This document shows, piece by piece, positions 1 through 10,081 of a stretch of DNA of 64,000 bases. Origin of the DNA: Lepidodermella squamata. Taxonomy: Eukaryota > Animalia > Gastrotricha. The notes beneath the pieces are model-generated. The model did no database searches, was not told the origin of the DNA, and saw only the letters and a program-made list of their open reading frames with translations. Both the position numbers and the translations under genes were made by a program. The number at the start of each line of letters is the position of its first letter. The stretch's first letter is position 1. The DNA lies in assembly GCA_047495785.1 (NCBI GenBank), contig JBLDXI010000035.1, positions 1 to 64,000 of the forward strand. The letters are read 5' to 3'.

Positions 1-17
1 ACACATCTCGTGAGAGT
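1..17. other. Probable residual PacBio barcode adapter (bc1003 + T overhang), non-genomic
   Basis: ACACATCTCGTGAGAGT matches my recollection of PacBio bc1003 (ACACATCTCGTGAGAG) plus T; it is exactly the part of the window start not mirrored in the palindrome. Confidence 0.85.
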
Positions 18-885
18 CGAACGATATATTATTCATTATAATAGTTATTAATATTATTACAGCCTGTTTGCTTTGTTCAGTTTATGTCCGTGTGTATGTG
101 TGTAACCCATAATTCGCGTTTCGTACAGAGTGAACAGAAAACACTGGATGCGTGAATGTTGAATTTCAGACTTTTCTATATTTGGGATTCTTTTCTGGAG
201 AAATCGGCATTTGAATTTTCTGTGAAATTGAGGTCAAATGTTTAAAATTACGCAAAATTATTACCACTTTTTTATTTCGCGAAGAGTCTGAAATTCGATC
301 ATCCATCTCTCTCGCATGAGTCAACTTCTTGTTTTTATACGCGACTGGAATCGTTGTTTCTGTTTTTACACTGCCAAAGTTATAAACTCATCGGTTTTGG
401 TAAATCCCGCTATTCGATAGCCAGCAGCCATAGTCGCAACTTCGCACAATTATTACCCGATTCGTATATTTGTTGAGCCCCGTGAATTACGCGTGTAACA
501 TACAAGATATCTGTGAATAAATTTATTAACTATTAGGCTTTGTCATGTCGATATTTCGAGTAATTATAATGTCTGCCCATTACTATTCCGTGATTATAAG
601 TTGTCATTTACCCATGCAAAACAAGGCAACTGCATCGATTTGCCTTTGTTATCAATACCAAACTAGCAATGATTTCATCAACTACTTACGCACATACTTT
701 TTTTACTCTGATTGGTACGTAATTTAATCGGTTCAATTGTATCGTCTTGAGGACGTACCTTGATGCTTACTGCTTTCGCTAATTTTCCATCGGCTGGCAA
801 TAAATATTATGAAGCTTGCAAGATTACCCGCGTGATTTAGAGGGTTTTGAATATCACAGGTTCTTTCACATGTAGCCGAAAGCCC

Positions 886-914
886 GATTCCAGGTTCGAC
901 TCCTGGCAGCCTCG
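886..914 (+). pseudogene. 3' fragment of tRNA-Arg(ACG); mirrored at 3871-3899 (-)
   Basis: GATTCCAGGTTCGACTCCTGGCAGCCTCG is identical to the 3' part of the tRNA-Arg at 39189-39261; the 5' half is absent. Confidence 0.8.
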
Positions 915-992
915 ATTTGTTTTTATGAGGTCACATTGACGACGCGTTCAAAGTATGTCAAATGCGGCATCGATGCGCATCGACGTATCACA

Positions 993-1065
993 GCCCGGTT
1001 AGCTCAGTCGGTAGAGCATGGGACTCTTAATCCCAGGGTCGTGGGTTCGAGCCCCACATCGGGCG
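993..1065 (+). tRNA. tRNA-Lys(CTT), left palindrome arm
   Basis: Cloverleaf; anticodon loop CT-CTT-AA; A and B boxes. Confidence 0.95.
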
Positions 1066-1156
1066 ATTCTTTTGCTCAAGTGTGAAATGTATCGACTATT
1101 TATAGTACTGATCATCGCGCGATTAAATGCCTTCACCAGCACGCATTGCATGTGGC

Positions 1157-1229
1157 GGTTCGGTGGTGTAGTGGTTATCACATCTGCCTAACACGCAGAA
1201 GGTCGCCGGTTCAATCCCGGCCCGAATCA
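1157..1229 (+). tRNA. tRNA-Val(AAC), left arm
   Basis: TCTGC-CT-AAC-AC-GCAGA anticodon arm. Confidence 0.95.
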
Positions 1230-1327
1230 GCTGTAAGCTTTTTGGCTATACAAAAAGCTAGCTTTTAACTGTCAATAAATTCAAAAAAATTGAACCGCCT
1301 GCCACTGTCTCGAGTTCAATGTGACTC

Positions 1328-1399
1328 TGCCACGGCCTGGAGTCGAACCAGGGTCACCTCGGCCACAACGAGGAATACTAACCACTATACTACCGTGGC
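1328..1399 (-). tRNA. tRNA-His(GTG), left arm
   Basis: CCTCG-TT-GTG-GC-CGAGG anticodon arm. Confidence 0.95.
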
Positions 1400-1498
1400 T
1401 GATTTCGCGGTTAAGCACACAATTTGACAGCGGCCTATCAACGTCTATCTGGTCTTGTTAAAATTCAGGCAGCGCTGACAGATGGCTTACCTGGAGAA

Positions 1499-1581
1499 GA
1501 CGCGGGTGGCCGAGTGGTTAAGGCGATGGACTGCTAATCCATTGGGCTCTGCCCGCGAGGGTTCGAATCCCTTCTGCGTCG
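1499..1581 (+). tRNA. tRNA-Ser(GCT), left arm
   Basis: ATGGA-CT-GCT-AA-TCCAT; long variable arm; one extra G relative to the other copies. Confidence 0.92.
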
Positions 1582-1668
1582 TCATAAATTTTGCCTCGTT
1601 CAAAGCTGAGACGCTAGTTTTTCTGGCTTTGATGATGACAAAAATAATGTATTTTTTAAAAACGAATG

Positions 1669-1740
1669 CTCCTTGGCAGGGAATCGAACCCTGGTCTCCC
1701 GCGTGACAGGCGGGGATACTAACCACTATACTACCAAGGA
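1669..1740 (-). tRNA. tRNA-Asp(GTC), left arm
   Basis: CCCGC-CT-GTC-AC-GCGGG. Confidence 0.95.
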
Positions 1741-1830
1741 TTGCACGAATGTTGATGGTCTTCGAATAGCTTCTCACCCACTTCCACGCCAACAGAAGGC
1801 CATTCCGTCAAAAATGTGACTTGGCGCAGT

Positions 1831-1901
1831 TGCATCGGCCGGGAATCGAACCCGGGCCTCCCGCGTGGCAGGCGAGAATTCTACCACTGAACCACCGATG
1901 C
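1831..1901 (-). tRNA. tRNA-Gly(GCC), left arm
   Basis: CTCGC-CT-GCC-AC-GCGGG. Confidence 0.95.
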
Positions 1902-1993
1902 GCTGCTTGATGCCTAGCTCATGGGCGTCGTGTCGATGCGTTCACATCGTCATAATGGCGAACCCCAAATGCGGGCGAACGCCAAAAACTAAG

Positions 1994-2075
1994 CGTCGCC
2001 AGTAGGATTCGAACCTACGCGCGGAAACCGCATCTGATTTCGAGTCAGACCCCTTAACCACTCGGGCATAGCGAC
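1994..2075 (-). tRNA. tRNA-Ser(CGA), left arm
   Basis: TCTGA-CT-CGA-AA-TCAGA; long variable arm. Confidence 0.95.
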
Positions 2076-2221
2076 TGTTCTAAGGTACAAGGCAACGCCT
2101 TTGGATGCATATTACCGCAAGTTCGAGCAGTCGCGTATTTCAGACGAGCTTCTAACTCTGACAGGGATATCACTTGCCCAGTTTGCAAGCATCACCACGG
2201 GTTATGCTATTTTGTCCAGCA

Positions 2222-2294
2222 GCCGAGATAGCTCAGTTGGGAGAGCGTTAGACTGAAGATCTAAAGGTCCCTGGTTCGATCCCGGGTCTCGGCG
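2222..2294 (+). tRNA. tRNA-Phe(GAA), left arm
   Basis: TTAGA-CT-GAA-GA-TCTAA. Confidence 0.95.
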
Positions 2295-2350
2295 ACCTTC
2301 AACCTTTTTACTACTAGTCAAAACGTATAAACGCCAAAAATGTTACAACT

Positions 2351-2436
2351 CCCGCGATAGCTCAGCTGGTAGAGCGGAGGACTGTAGATGAAAGGCAGCA
2401 ATCCTTAGGTCGGTGGTTCAAGTCCGCCTCGCGGGA
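2351..2436 (+). tRNA. tRNA-Tyr(GTA) with 13-nt intron (2388-2400); forms the palindrome centre
   Basis: GAGGA-CT-GTA-G[ATGAAAGGCAGCA]A-TCCTT; acceptor stem CCCGCGA/TCGCGGG. Confidence 0.95.
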
Positions 2437-2491
2437 GTTGTAACATTTTTGGCGTTTATACGTTTTGACTAGTAGTAAAAAGGTTGAAGGT

Positions 2492-2564
2492 CGCCGAGAC
2501 CCGGGATCGAACCAGGGACCTTTAGATCTTCAGTCTAACGCTCTCCCAACTGAGCTATCTCGGC
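2492..2564 (-). tRNA. tRNA-Phe(GAA), right arm
   Basis: Reverse complement of 2222-2294. Confidence 0.95.
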
Positions 2565-2710
2565 TGCTGGACAAAATAGCATAACCCGTGGTGATGCTTG
2601 CAAACTGGGCAAGTGATATCCCTGTCAGAGTTAGAAGCTCGTCTGAAATACGCGACTGCTCGAACTTGCGGTAATATGCATCCAAAGGCGTTGCCTTGTA
2701 CCTTAGAACA

Positions 2711-2792
2711 GTCGCTATGCCCGAGTGGTTAAGGGGTCTGACTCGAAATCAGATGCGGTTTCCGCGCGTAGGTTCGAATCCTACTGGCGACG
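2711..2792 (+). tRNA. tRNA-Ser(CGA), right arm
   Basis: Reverse complement of 1994-2075. Confidence 0.95.
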
Positions 2793-2885
2793 CTTAGTTT
2801 TTGGCGTTCGCCCGCATTTGGGGTTCGCCATTATGACGATGTGAACGCATCGACACGACGCCCATGAGCTAGGCATCAAGCAGGC

Positions 2886-2955
2886 GCATCGGTGGTTCAG
2901 TGGTAGAATTCTCGCTGCCACGCGGGAGGCCCGGGTTCGATTCCCGGCCGATGCA
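2886..2955 (+). tRNA. tRNA-Gly(GCC), right arm (1-nt deletion in anticodon arm, probable read error)
   Basis: Mirror of 1831-1901 with CTCGCTGCC instead of CTCGCCTGCC. Confidence 0.88.
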
Positions 2956-3045
2956 ACTGCGCCAAGTCACATTTTTGACGGAATGGCCTTCTGTTGGCGT
3001 GGAAGTGGGTGAGAAGCTATTCGAAGACCATCAACATTCGTGCAA

Positions 3046-3117
3046 TCCTTGGTAGTATAGTGGTTAGTATCCCCGCCTGTCACGCGGGAGACCAGGGTTC
3101 GATTCCCTGCCAAGGAG
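3046..3117 (+). tRNA. tRNA-Asp(GTC), right arm
   Basis: Mirror of 1669-1740. Confidence 0.95.
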
Positions 3118-3204
3118 CATTCGTTTTTAAAAAATACATTATTTTTGTCATCATCAAAGCCAGAAAAACTAGCGTCTCAGCTTTGAACGAGGCAAAATTT
3201 ATGA

Positions 3205-3285
3205 CGACGCAGAAGGATTCGAACCCTCGCGGGCAGAGCCCAATGGATTAGCAGTCCATCGCCTTAACCACTCGGCCACCGCGTC
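3205..3285 (-). tRNA. tRNA-Ser(GCT), right arm
   Basis: Mirror of 1499-1581 (one C missing in the T-stem). Confidence 0.9.
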
Positions 3286-3384
3286 TTCTCCAGGTAAGCC
3301 ATCTGTCAGCGCTGCCTGAATTTTAACAAGACCAGATAGACGTTGATAGGCCGCTGTCAAATTGTGTGCTTAACCGCGAAATCA

Positions 3385-3456
3385 GCCACGGTAGTATAGT
3401 GGTTAGTATTCCTCGTTGTGGCCGAGGTGACCCTGGTTCGACTCCAGGCCGTGGCA
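3385..3456 (+). tRNA. tRNA-His(GTG), right arm
   Basis: Mirror of 1328-1399. Confidence 0.95.
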
Positions 3457-3555
3457 GAGTCACATTGAACTCGAGACAGTGGCAGGCGGTTCAATTTTTT
3501 TTGAATTTATTGACAGTTAAAAGCTAGCTTTTTGTATAGCCAAAAAGCTTACAGC

Positions 3556-3628
3556 TGATTCGGGCCGGGATTGAACCGGCGACCTTCTGCGTGTTAGGCA
3601 GATGTGATAACCACTACACCACCGAACC
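3556..3628 (-). tRNA. tRNA-Val(AAC), right arm
   Basis: Mirror of 1157-1229. Confidence 0.95.
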
Positions 3629-3719
3629 GCCACATGCAATGCGTGCTGGTGAAGGCATTTAATCGCGCGATGATCAGTACTATAAATAGTCGATACATTT
3701 CACACTTGAGCAAAAGAAT

Positions 3720-3792
3720 CGCCCGATGTGGGGCTCGAACCCACGACCCTGGGATTAAGAGTCCCATGCTCTACCGACTGAGCTAACCGGGC
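3720..3792 (-). tRNA. tRNA-Lys(CTT), right arm
   Basis: Mirror of 993-1065. Confidence 0.95.
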
Positions 3793-4777
3793 TGTGATAC
3801 GTCGATGCGCATCGATGCCGCATTTGACATACTTTGAACGCGTCGTCAATGTGACCTCATAAAAACAAATCGAGGCTGCCAGGAGTCGAACCTGGAATCG
3901 GCTTTCGGCTACATGTGAAAGAACCTGTGATATTCAAAACCCTCTAAATCACGCGGGTAATCTTGCAAGCTTCATAATATTTATTGCCAGCCGATGGAAA
4001 ATTAGCGAAAGCAGTAAGCATCAAGGTACGTCCTCAAGACGATACAATTGAACCGATTAAATTACGTACCAATCAGAGTAAAAAAAGTATGTGCGTAAGT
4101 AGTTGATGAAATCATTGCTAGTTTGGTATTGATAACAAAGGCAAATCGATGCAGTTGCCTTGTTTTGCATGGGTAAATGACAACTTATAATCACGGAATA
4201 GTAATGGGCAGACATTATAATTACTCGAAATATCGACATGACAAAGCCTAATAGTTAATAAATTTATTCACAGATATCTTGTATGTTACACGCGTAATTC
4301 ACGGGGCTCAACAAATATACGAATCGGGTAATAATTGTGCGAAGTTGCGACTATGGCTGCTGGCTATCGAATAGCGGGATTTACCAAAACCGATGAGTTT
4401 ATAACTTTGGCAGTGTAAAAACAGAAACAACGATTCCAGTCGCGTATAAAAACAAGAAGTTGACTCATGCGAGAGAGATGGATGATCGAATTTCAGACTC
4501 TTCGCGAAATAAAAAAGTGGTAATAATTTTGCGTAATTTTAAACATTTGACCTCAATTTCACAGAAAATTCAAATGCCGATTTCTCCAGAAAAGAATCCC
4601 AAATATAGAAAAGTCTGAAATTCAACATTCACGCATCCAGTGTTTTCTGTTCACTCTGTACGAAACGCGAATTATGGGTTACACACATACACACGGACAT
4701 AAACTGAACAAAGCAAACAGGCTGTAATAATATTAATAACTATTATAATGAATAATATATCGTTCGGCTGTTGCGAA

Positions 4778-7700
4778 TCAACGCCTCGAGCCGGTGGCGG
4801 ACCGCGTCGCGTGCGCGATCAGCGTCGACGACAACTGAGGCGGCGGCATGGCGAAGCGCGAGGGCGCCGGCTTCTCGACGGCGGGCGCGACGGGCGCGGC
4901 GGCGAGGTGGCGCGTCGGCGCGATGAGGATCGAGTCGACGGCGAGCTCGGCCGTCGTCGTGTCCGAGTGGCCCGCCAGCACGCCGCTGTCCGGGTCGAGC
5001 GAGGCGTTGTGGAAGCGCAGCGGCGCCTCGCCGTGGTGCCCGACGATGAACGACTCGGGCAGCTTGTTGAAGTCCATCACAGAGGCGCTCGCGTCGAACT
5101 TCGACCCGAAGTCGTACCTGCCGGCGAAAATGAGAAAAAAATCTAAATTATGCGAAAATATGGGAATTTCTGCGATTGAAGCATTGTATTCAAAATCAAT
5201 TTCTAGGCTTTATTCTTGAATTTCCAGGCGGAAAACGGGGAAAAATTATGAATCGGAAAATGTCCGAGGTCAATGGACTGTCGTGTCACATTTCTGTTCT
5301 ACTCGAAAATTCCCGGTTAAAAAATGATCAAAATTAAACCCAAAATCATGTTAGATTTCTAATCTTTGGAACTAAAACGACGGCGCACTTCACATGCCAG
5401 CTAAAACATTTCATTGAAAACTAAAAAGATGTAGTTCCAGATGTAGTAAAATCAGAATATCTTCTAGCGGAAGCATATTTATAATCTTGACGCCAACGCA
5501 TAAGAAGTGCTACTTTAAAATCTCGACGGTGTTGCGCTTTGAAAGTGACGAATATTATACAAAATTATACTGGAAATGTGGGAGAATTTCAACGTAATTT
5601 TGAATTAACCGTGAAATACCAGAAAGAGAGGGCATTTTCAGGCGAATCAATTATTTGGTTCCACTTCCGGCCAAATTCAGTTGCAAATACCCATCACTGA
5701 AATTAGTTGACTTTTTACTGGGAACTCGGTAGGAAAAGCTACCAGTGGGCGTCCATTTTTTTAACCAAAAAAGAGCTATCCGATGAGCTCAATTCGATTG
5801 AATTTATATGTAGCAAATGAGACCTTATCGTTAATCACCTGCAAATTCCGAATTACAAAGCAAAACCAGGAAATCAATTTTATTTTGAGTGAAAATTGAT
5901 TCAGAAGTTTTTATACATACTACCCCAATGTCAAGAAGTAGCGTGATTTCTCTGATTTCATTTCACGGCTTGTATTAAGGGTTAACTCTATAGCATTTTC
6001 AAGTTCAAAGACGGCACAACTCACCCTTCAACATTTTGCTGCTGTTGCTGCTGTTGCGTCGCCTTTTTCTTGCCGTTCAGACTAGAAACACGTTTCGCGC
6101 CGCGCTTCGACGTATTCGCCGCGTTCTTGGCCGCCGCCAAATTCGACTTGGAGTCCTGCTTCGCCTTCACGCCGAGAACAGGCGCCTTGGACGCGGTTTT
6201 CGTCGCGCCGTTCGACGGAATCGCGCGCAGGTTCGTCAGCGACGGCGAACTGGCACCGAGTGGGGACGCGAACAGGCGCGGCGCGGGCGAAATCAGGTTC
6301 TGGCGCAGGTTGCGCGCCGACGCCGACGTGCCGATCGCCGGCTTGCGCGCGCTCTTCGCCGCACTCTCGGCCGGAATTGTCTCGAGACACCGCTTTTTCG
6401 CCGGAGACTGGTGACCGCTAACAGTTGCGACCGTGTGCTGAAGAAAAAACACAAAAACCAATGAATTGAATGAATGAAATGAATGAAGGCAATGTCAATA
6501 AAAAAGCCTTAAATTCTCAGAGAGCAAGCTTATTGTTATATGCCAGTCAAGCTGAAGTCGGTAATGATTAAATTATCAAAGTGACAATTTTAGCGAGAGA
6601 CGCTACGGAAAAAATACTATAAAAAAGGAAATTAGCTTTTGATGAATTTGTATGTTTTCCTATAATCAGATTTACAAAACGCGGAATTTGAGAATTTCAG
6701 GAAAATTAAAAAACTACAGGATACTTCTGAGACTATACTAATGTTAGTAAGTTGAAAAATGAATCAATCGACGTCGACTCAAGAAGCGATGTGATCCGGC
6801 TGAAATTCTCATTTTCTTGTTTCATCGACAAGTTTCCAGACATTTTTTAGTTGCGCATAGCACGGGAGGTTAGGTATATTAAAGCCATGCAAATTGCAGC
6901 CGTTTAATTGTCCAAGTTAGCGTTCGCATGCCTCTTTTATAACCCAAAGTGACGAATTGACAGATTCCTCCGGCGCTTCTTCAATAACGCGCGTCTCATT
7001 CAAACCACAAGCAATATTTCTCGGCCGCGATTGATACAAAAGTACATTCTTTCCATTGATAGATTGAAAAATGAACACCAAATCAGAGAAATTACATTTC
7101 CATTGGTTGAAAAAACCAATATCAACTTACGCCACTTGTGCGTTTGCGGTTAGTTTTCGGCAGCGACCCTATTGTCTGATCGTTTTCATCCGAATCGTGC
7201 ATCATGTTCAAATGGCGAGTCGAGGCTGCGAGCGGCGTGTGTTGCCGCACGGCTGACGTCGCTAGATTTGGCGTGCTGGCGCCGATTTTAGCCGCGCTCC
7301 TCAAATTTGACCTTCAACAAGTAATAATCTAGACAAATTATTTCACCTTCAATCAATTCATACTTTAGAGTGCTGTTTGTGACTGGAGTCATCAACCGAG
7401 AAGCTGAGGGTGTCACAGCAGGCCGTTGGCCGGGCTTTTTCGCCGTCGAGTGCATCGAAGTGCCCACCTGTTGGTTACTCTTCACCATATCCCGCTTCTT
7501 CTGCTTGTCATCCTCGTACTCCTTCTTCTTCTCGATGACAAATTCCTCCGCCGGCATGCCACACAGCAGGAAAACCTCGCCAGTTCGCGACAGGTAGTCC
7601 TGAGCCAGGGCGTACAACTCACGTTCGCGTTTCGGCAGCGCGATCGCAACTTCTTTCCGCTCTTTTTCCTCCTGCAACAACCCGCCGCCTCGATTCTTGT

Positions 7701-8930
7701 AACGATTCGGATCCGCCGCCTTCTCGTCCAAAATCTGCTGTTTCACCATCAAATCAACCCAGCAATCAGCCGCCGCGTAGATCGGCTCGTTTTTCGCTCG
7801 TTTCTCCTGCAGCGAAACGACAGCTTGATCCAACGTGGCCAGCAATTCATCGGTACAGTCCTGCGAAATCAAAATCTGCGTGAATTTGTGACGTTCCTGG
7901 TCACTCAGCCAGCAGCGGTCGAATGCCTCGTTCAACTCTTTGCGAGTTTGCTCGATAACCAATGGCAATTTTCGCAGTTTTTCAGCATTCAAAATCGCGA
8001 GATTATGTGTCAATTCGTCGATTAAACGAGCGCTGCATTTAGACTGGAATTTCGCGAGTGTCTTCTTAGCTAAATCTTGCTCTGATAAATTCAGCCGACG
8101 GCCGACGCTCGAGATTTCTTCGCGTAATCTCACGACCTCAGACTGCTTAGCAGTGTGTAGCTTCGCAACATCCGAGTGCCATGCGTTCAATTTCTGCATG
8201 TTTACCTCTGATAAGACGAAACAAGTCGGCGCGTCGTTGGCAACGACTGATTTCTGAAAATCCATTGCTTGAGATTCAAACGTTGCGGTGACAGTGACTT
8301 CGAGGTCTGAGAGTAGTTCTAGGAGCGCACTGCGAGTTTTCGCGAATTCTTTCTGTCGCTCAGTTAATAGCGTCCTTAGCCGGTGAATGTTTTTCTCGGC
8401 ATCGATAAACTGCTTGTCTTGAGGTGTTTCATCGACGTTTACGTGAGAAACTGGTACTTCACCCAACCTCACACATAATGGGTGCTCAATGTCGTAAAGC
8501 GTCTTCATTTTGTCAACTCTTTGTTGGCGCATCGCCTTTAGCTTTGTGGTAATTTCTTGGTAAGAATCCCACACGGCCATAAGCGGCTGGTTTTCACCAA
8601 TAGACGGCTTTTCAAGCGGAAGCCCCAAGTCTCGGCATAGTTTTTCAACCTCTGCTTTTGAGTCTGATATATCTTCCAATATTTCGTGCTTGCACTCATT
8701 TTCTTCCTGTAAATAGCAATATCTGTTAGAAATGAATGCGCGCCAAGTACGAGGAAACAAACCTTCAACATGTCATCGGCTAACTTGCCGAAAAAGTGAA
8801 GAACTTCAGATCGTCGAGCATCGACTACTTCAGTTCGATAGCCAATCTGCTGCCATAAACTTTCGAGATTTTCAACTTTGGGTCGAATAGCTTGGGATAT
8901 TTTATCAACAATAGTGGACATAATGGGCAT
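4778..8930 (-). CDS. PRC1: Protein regulator of cytokinesis 1 (PRC1/Ase1/MAP65 family); exons 8930-8763, 8706-7364, 7311-7131, 6437-6025, 5117-4778
   Basis: Long coiled coil with the family motif DPNRYKNRGGGLLQEEKERK and a basic S/T-P tail; GT-AG introns with matching phases. Confidence 0.9.
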
Positions 8931-10081
8931 TAAATAAAGGGGATCTAAAATCGAAAAGCACTATTATGTAATATGCGCTAAAAAAAGTACCTATTCGTTA
9001 TTTGATGTGTATGGAAATCTGGCTAATAAAATTACTGCCGAGCCAGAGCTTTAATGCTTCTGGTTTCTACATCTACATAGCTAATCGCTAATCGCAGATA
9101 ATAGAAATACAATAATGAAAAGTTGGCATTCGGCGCTGGGCGCTGAGTCAGCAGGGCATGGTTCTTTTAGGTTTTGACTGTTGATTGCTGAAAATGAGCA
9201 AAACAGGGTAGCAAGTTAGATCGCTGAGTAGCGCCACGAAATGTTCGAAGATATGGAGGAGTGGCGCGGTAGGCAGCCCACGCTTTTCTTCGATGCCCAA
9301 AGAAAAATGCGATTGTGATTCAGAAAAATCACAGGTTGAACATAGTAAAACGCATAATCCTTTGCAGCTCAGCTGATAGCTGATGTAAGTCAAACTATTC
9401 TCAATTTTCACAGCTTTTATAATGAATAATGAGTAAGTTCTAGGAGCTAAGACCAGCGAGCAGCGAGATAGAGATGCAGCCATACTAGTTGCTACTAATC
9501 GCCAGGCAGCGCTAGTGCCAGTTACCAGTTACCTAGTACAACGCATAACGCATACCACACGACTACGCATAAGCCAAAGATTTTGATGGAAATATATGTT
9601 GAATTATCCCAACTCGGAAAATTCAAATTTCGCAAACATCGACCTTCACAAACTCAAATTAGTTTTTCCTCAATTTCTGATTTTTTTGTTTTAATTATTT
9701 TTTCAATGTCGATATGACAAATATTTATTCTAAAATAATTGACTCATAGTGGGTGTCTAAACCCACCGTTCGTTCGGATACTGAGAAATCTTTTCTTCGA
9801 CATTGATTTTGGGAAATCGTTGGTCCGAAATGTCTCGTCGTTCGTCGGACATGTCTTTTTCTTTTTTCTTCTGTCCTTTCGGTATCGGTATTTGTCTCTT
9901 CCTTAAATTCGGGTTTTAGAAAAAACTAAGAGCTCAGTCCAGAAAATGCTTTGGTCTTTTACTTGGGGCTGTGGTGTTTCTAATTTTAACTGCCAACAAA
10001 GAATAGTTTCAATCTAATACTTTGATTTGTCGTTTTCAGAACTTTTTGTTAAATTTCGAATTTTCGGCGGTGCTAGCTGCT

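Larger units (their letters stand above)
18..4766. repeat. ~4.75-kb near-perfect palindrome (arms 18-2357 and 2429-4766, loop 2358-2428)
   Basis: Arms are reverse complements (mirrored ORFs 545..727/4057..4239 and 999..1181/3604..3786). The only differences I saw are single-base G/C homopolymer indels. Confidence 0.97.

Noticed and set aside
1484-1496. CTTACCTGG resembling the U1 snRNA 5' end
   Set aside because: No downstream U1 structure; it is the tRNA-Ser 5' flank.
545-4239. Short ORFs in the tRNA cluster (also 35930-36115, 38690-38878, 45931-46505)
   Set aside because: They overlap tRNA genes or spacers and have no protein features.
18-4766. Palindrome as a genuine biological structure (hairpin chromosome end or amplified tRNA palindrome)
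   Set aside because: The barcode-like 17-mer at the terminus and differences limited to homopolymer indels favour an artefact. Not formally excluded without reads.
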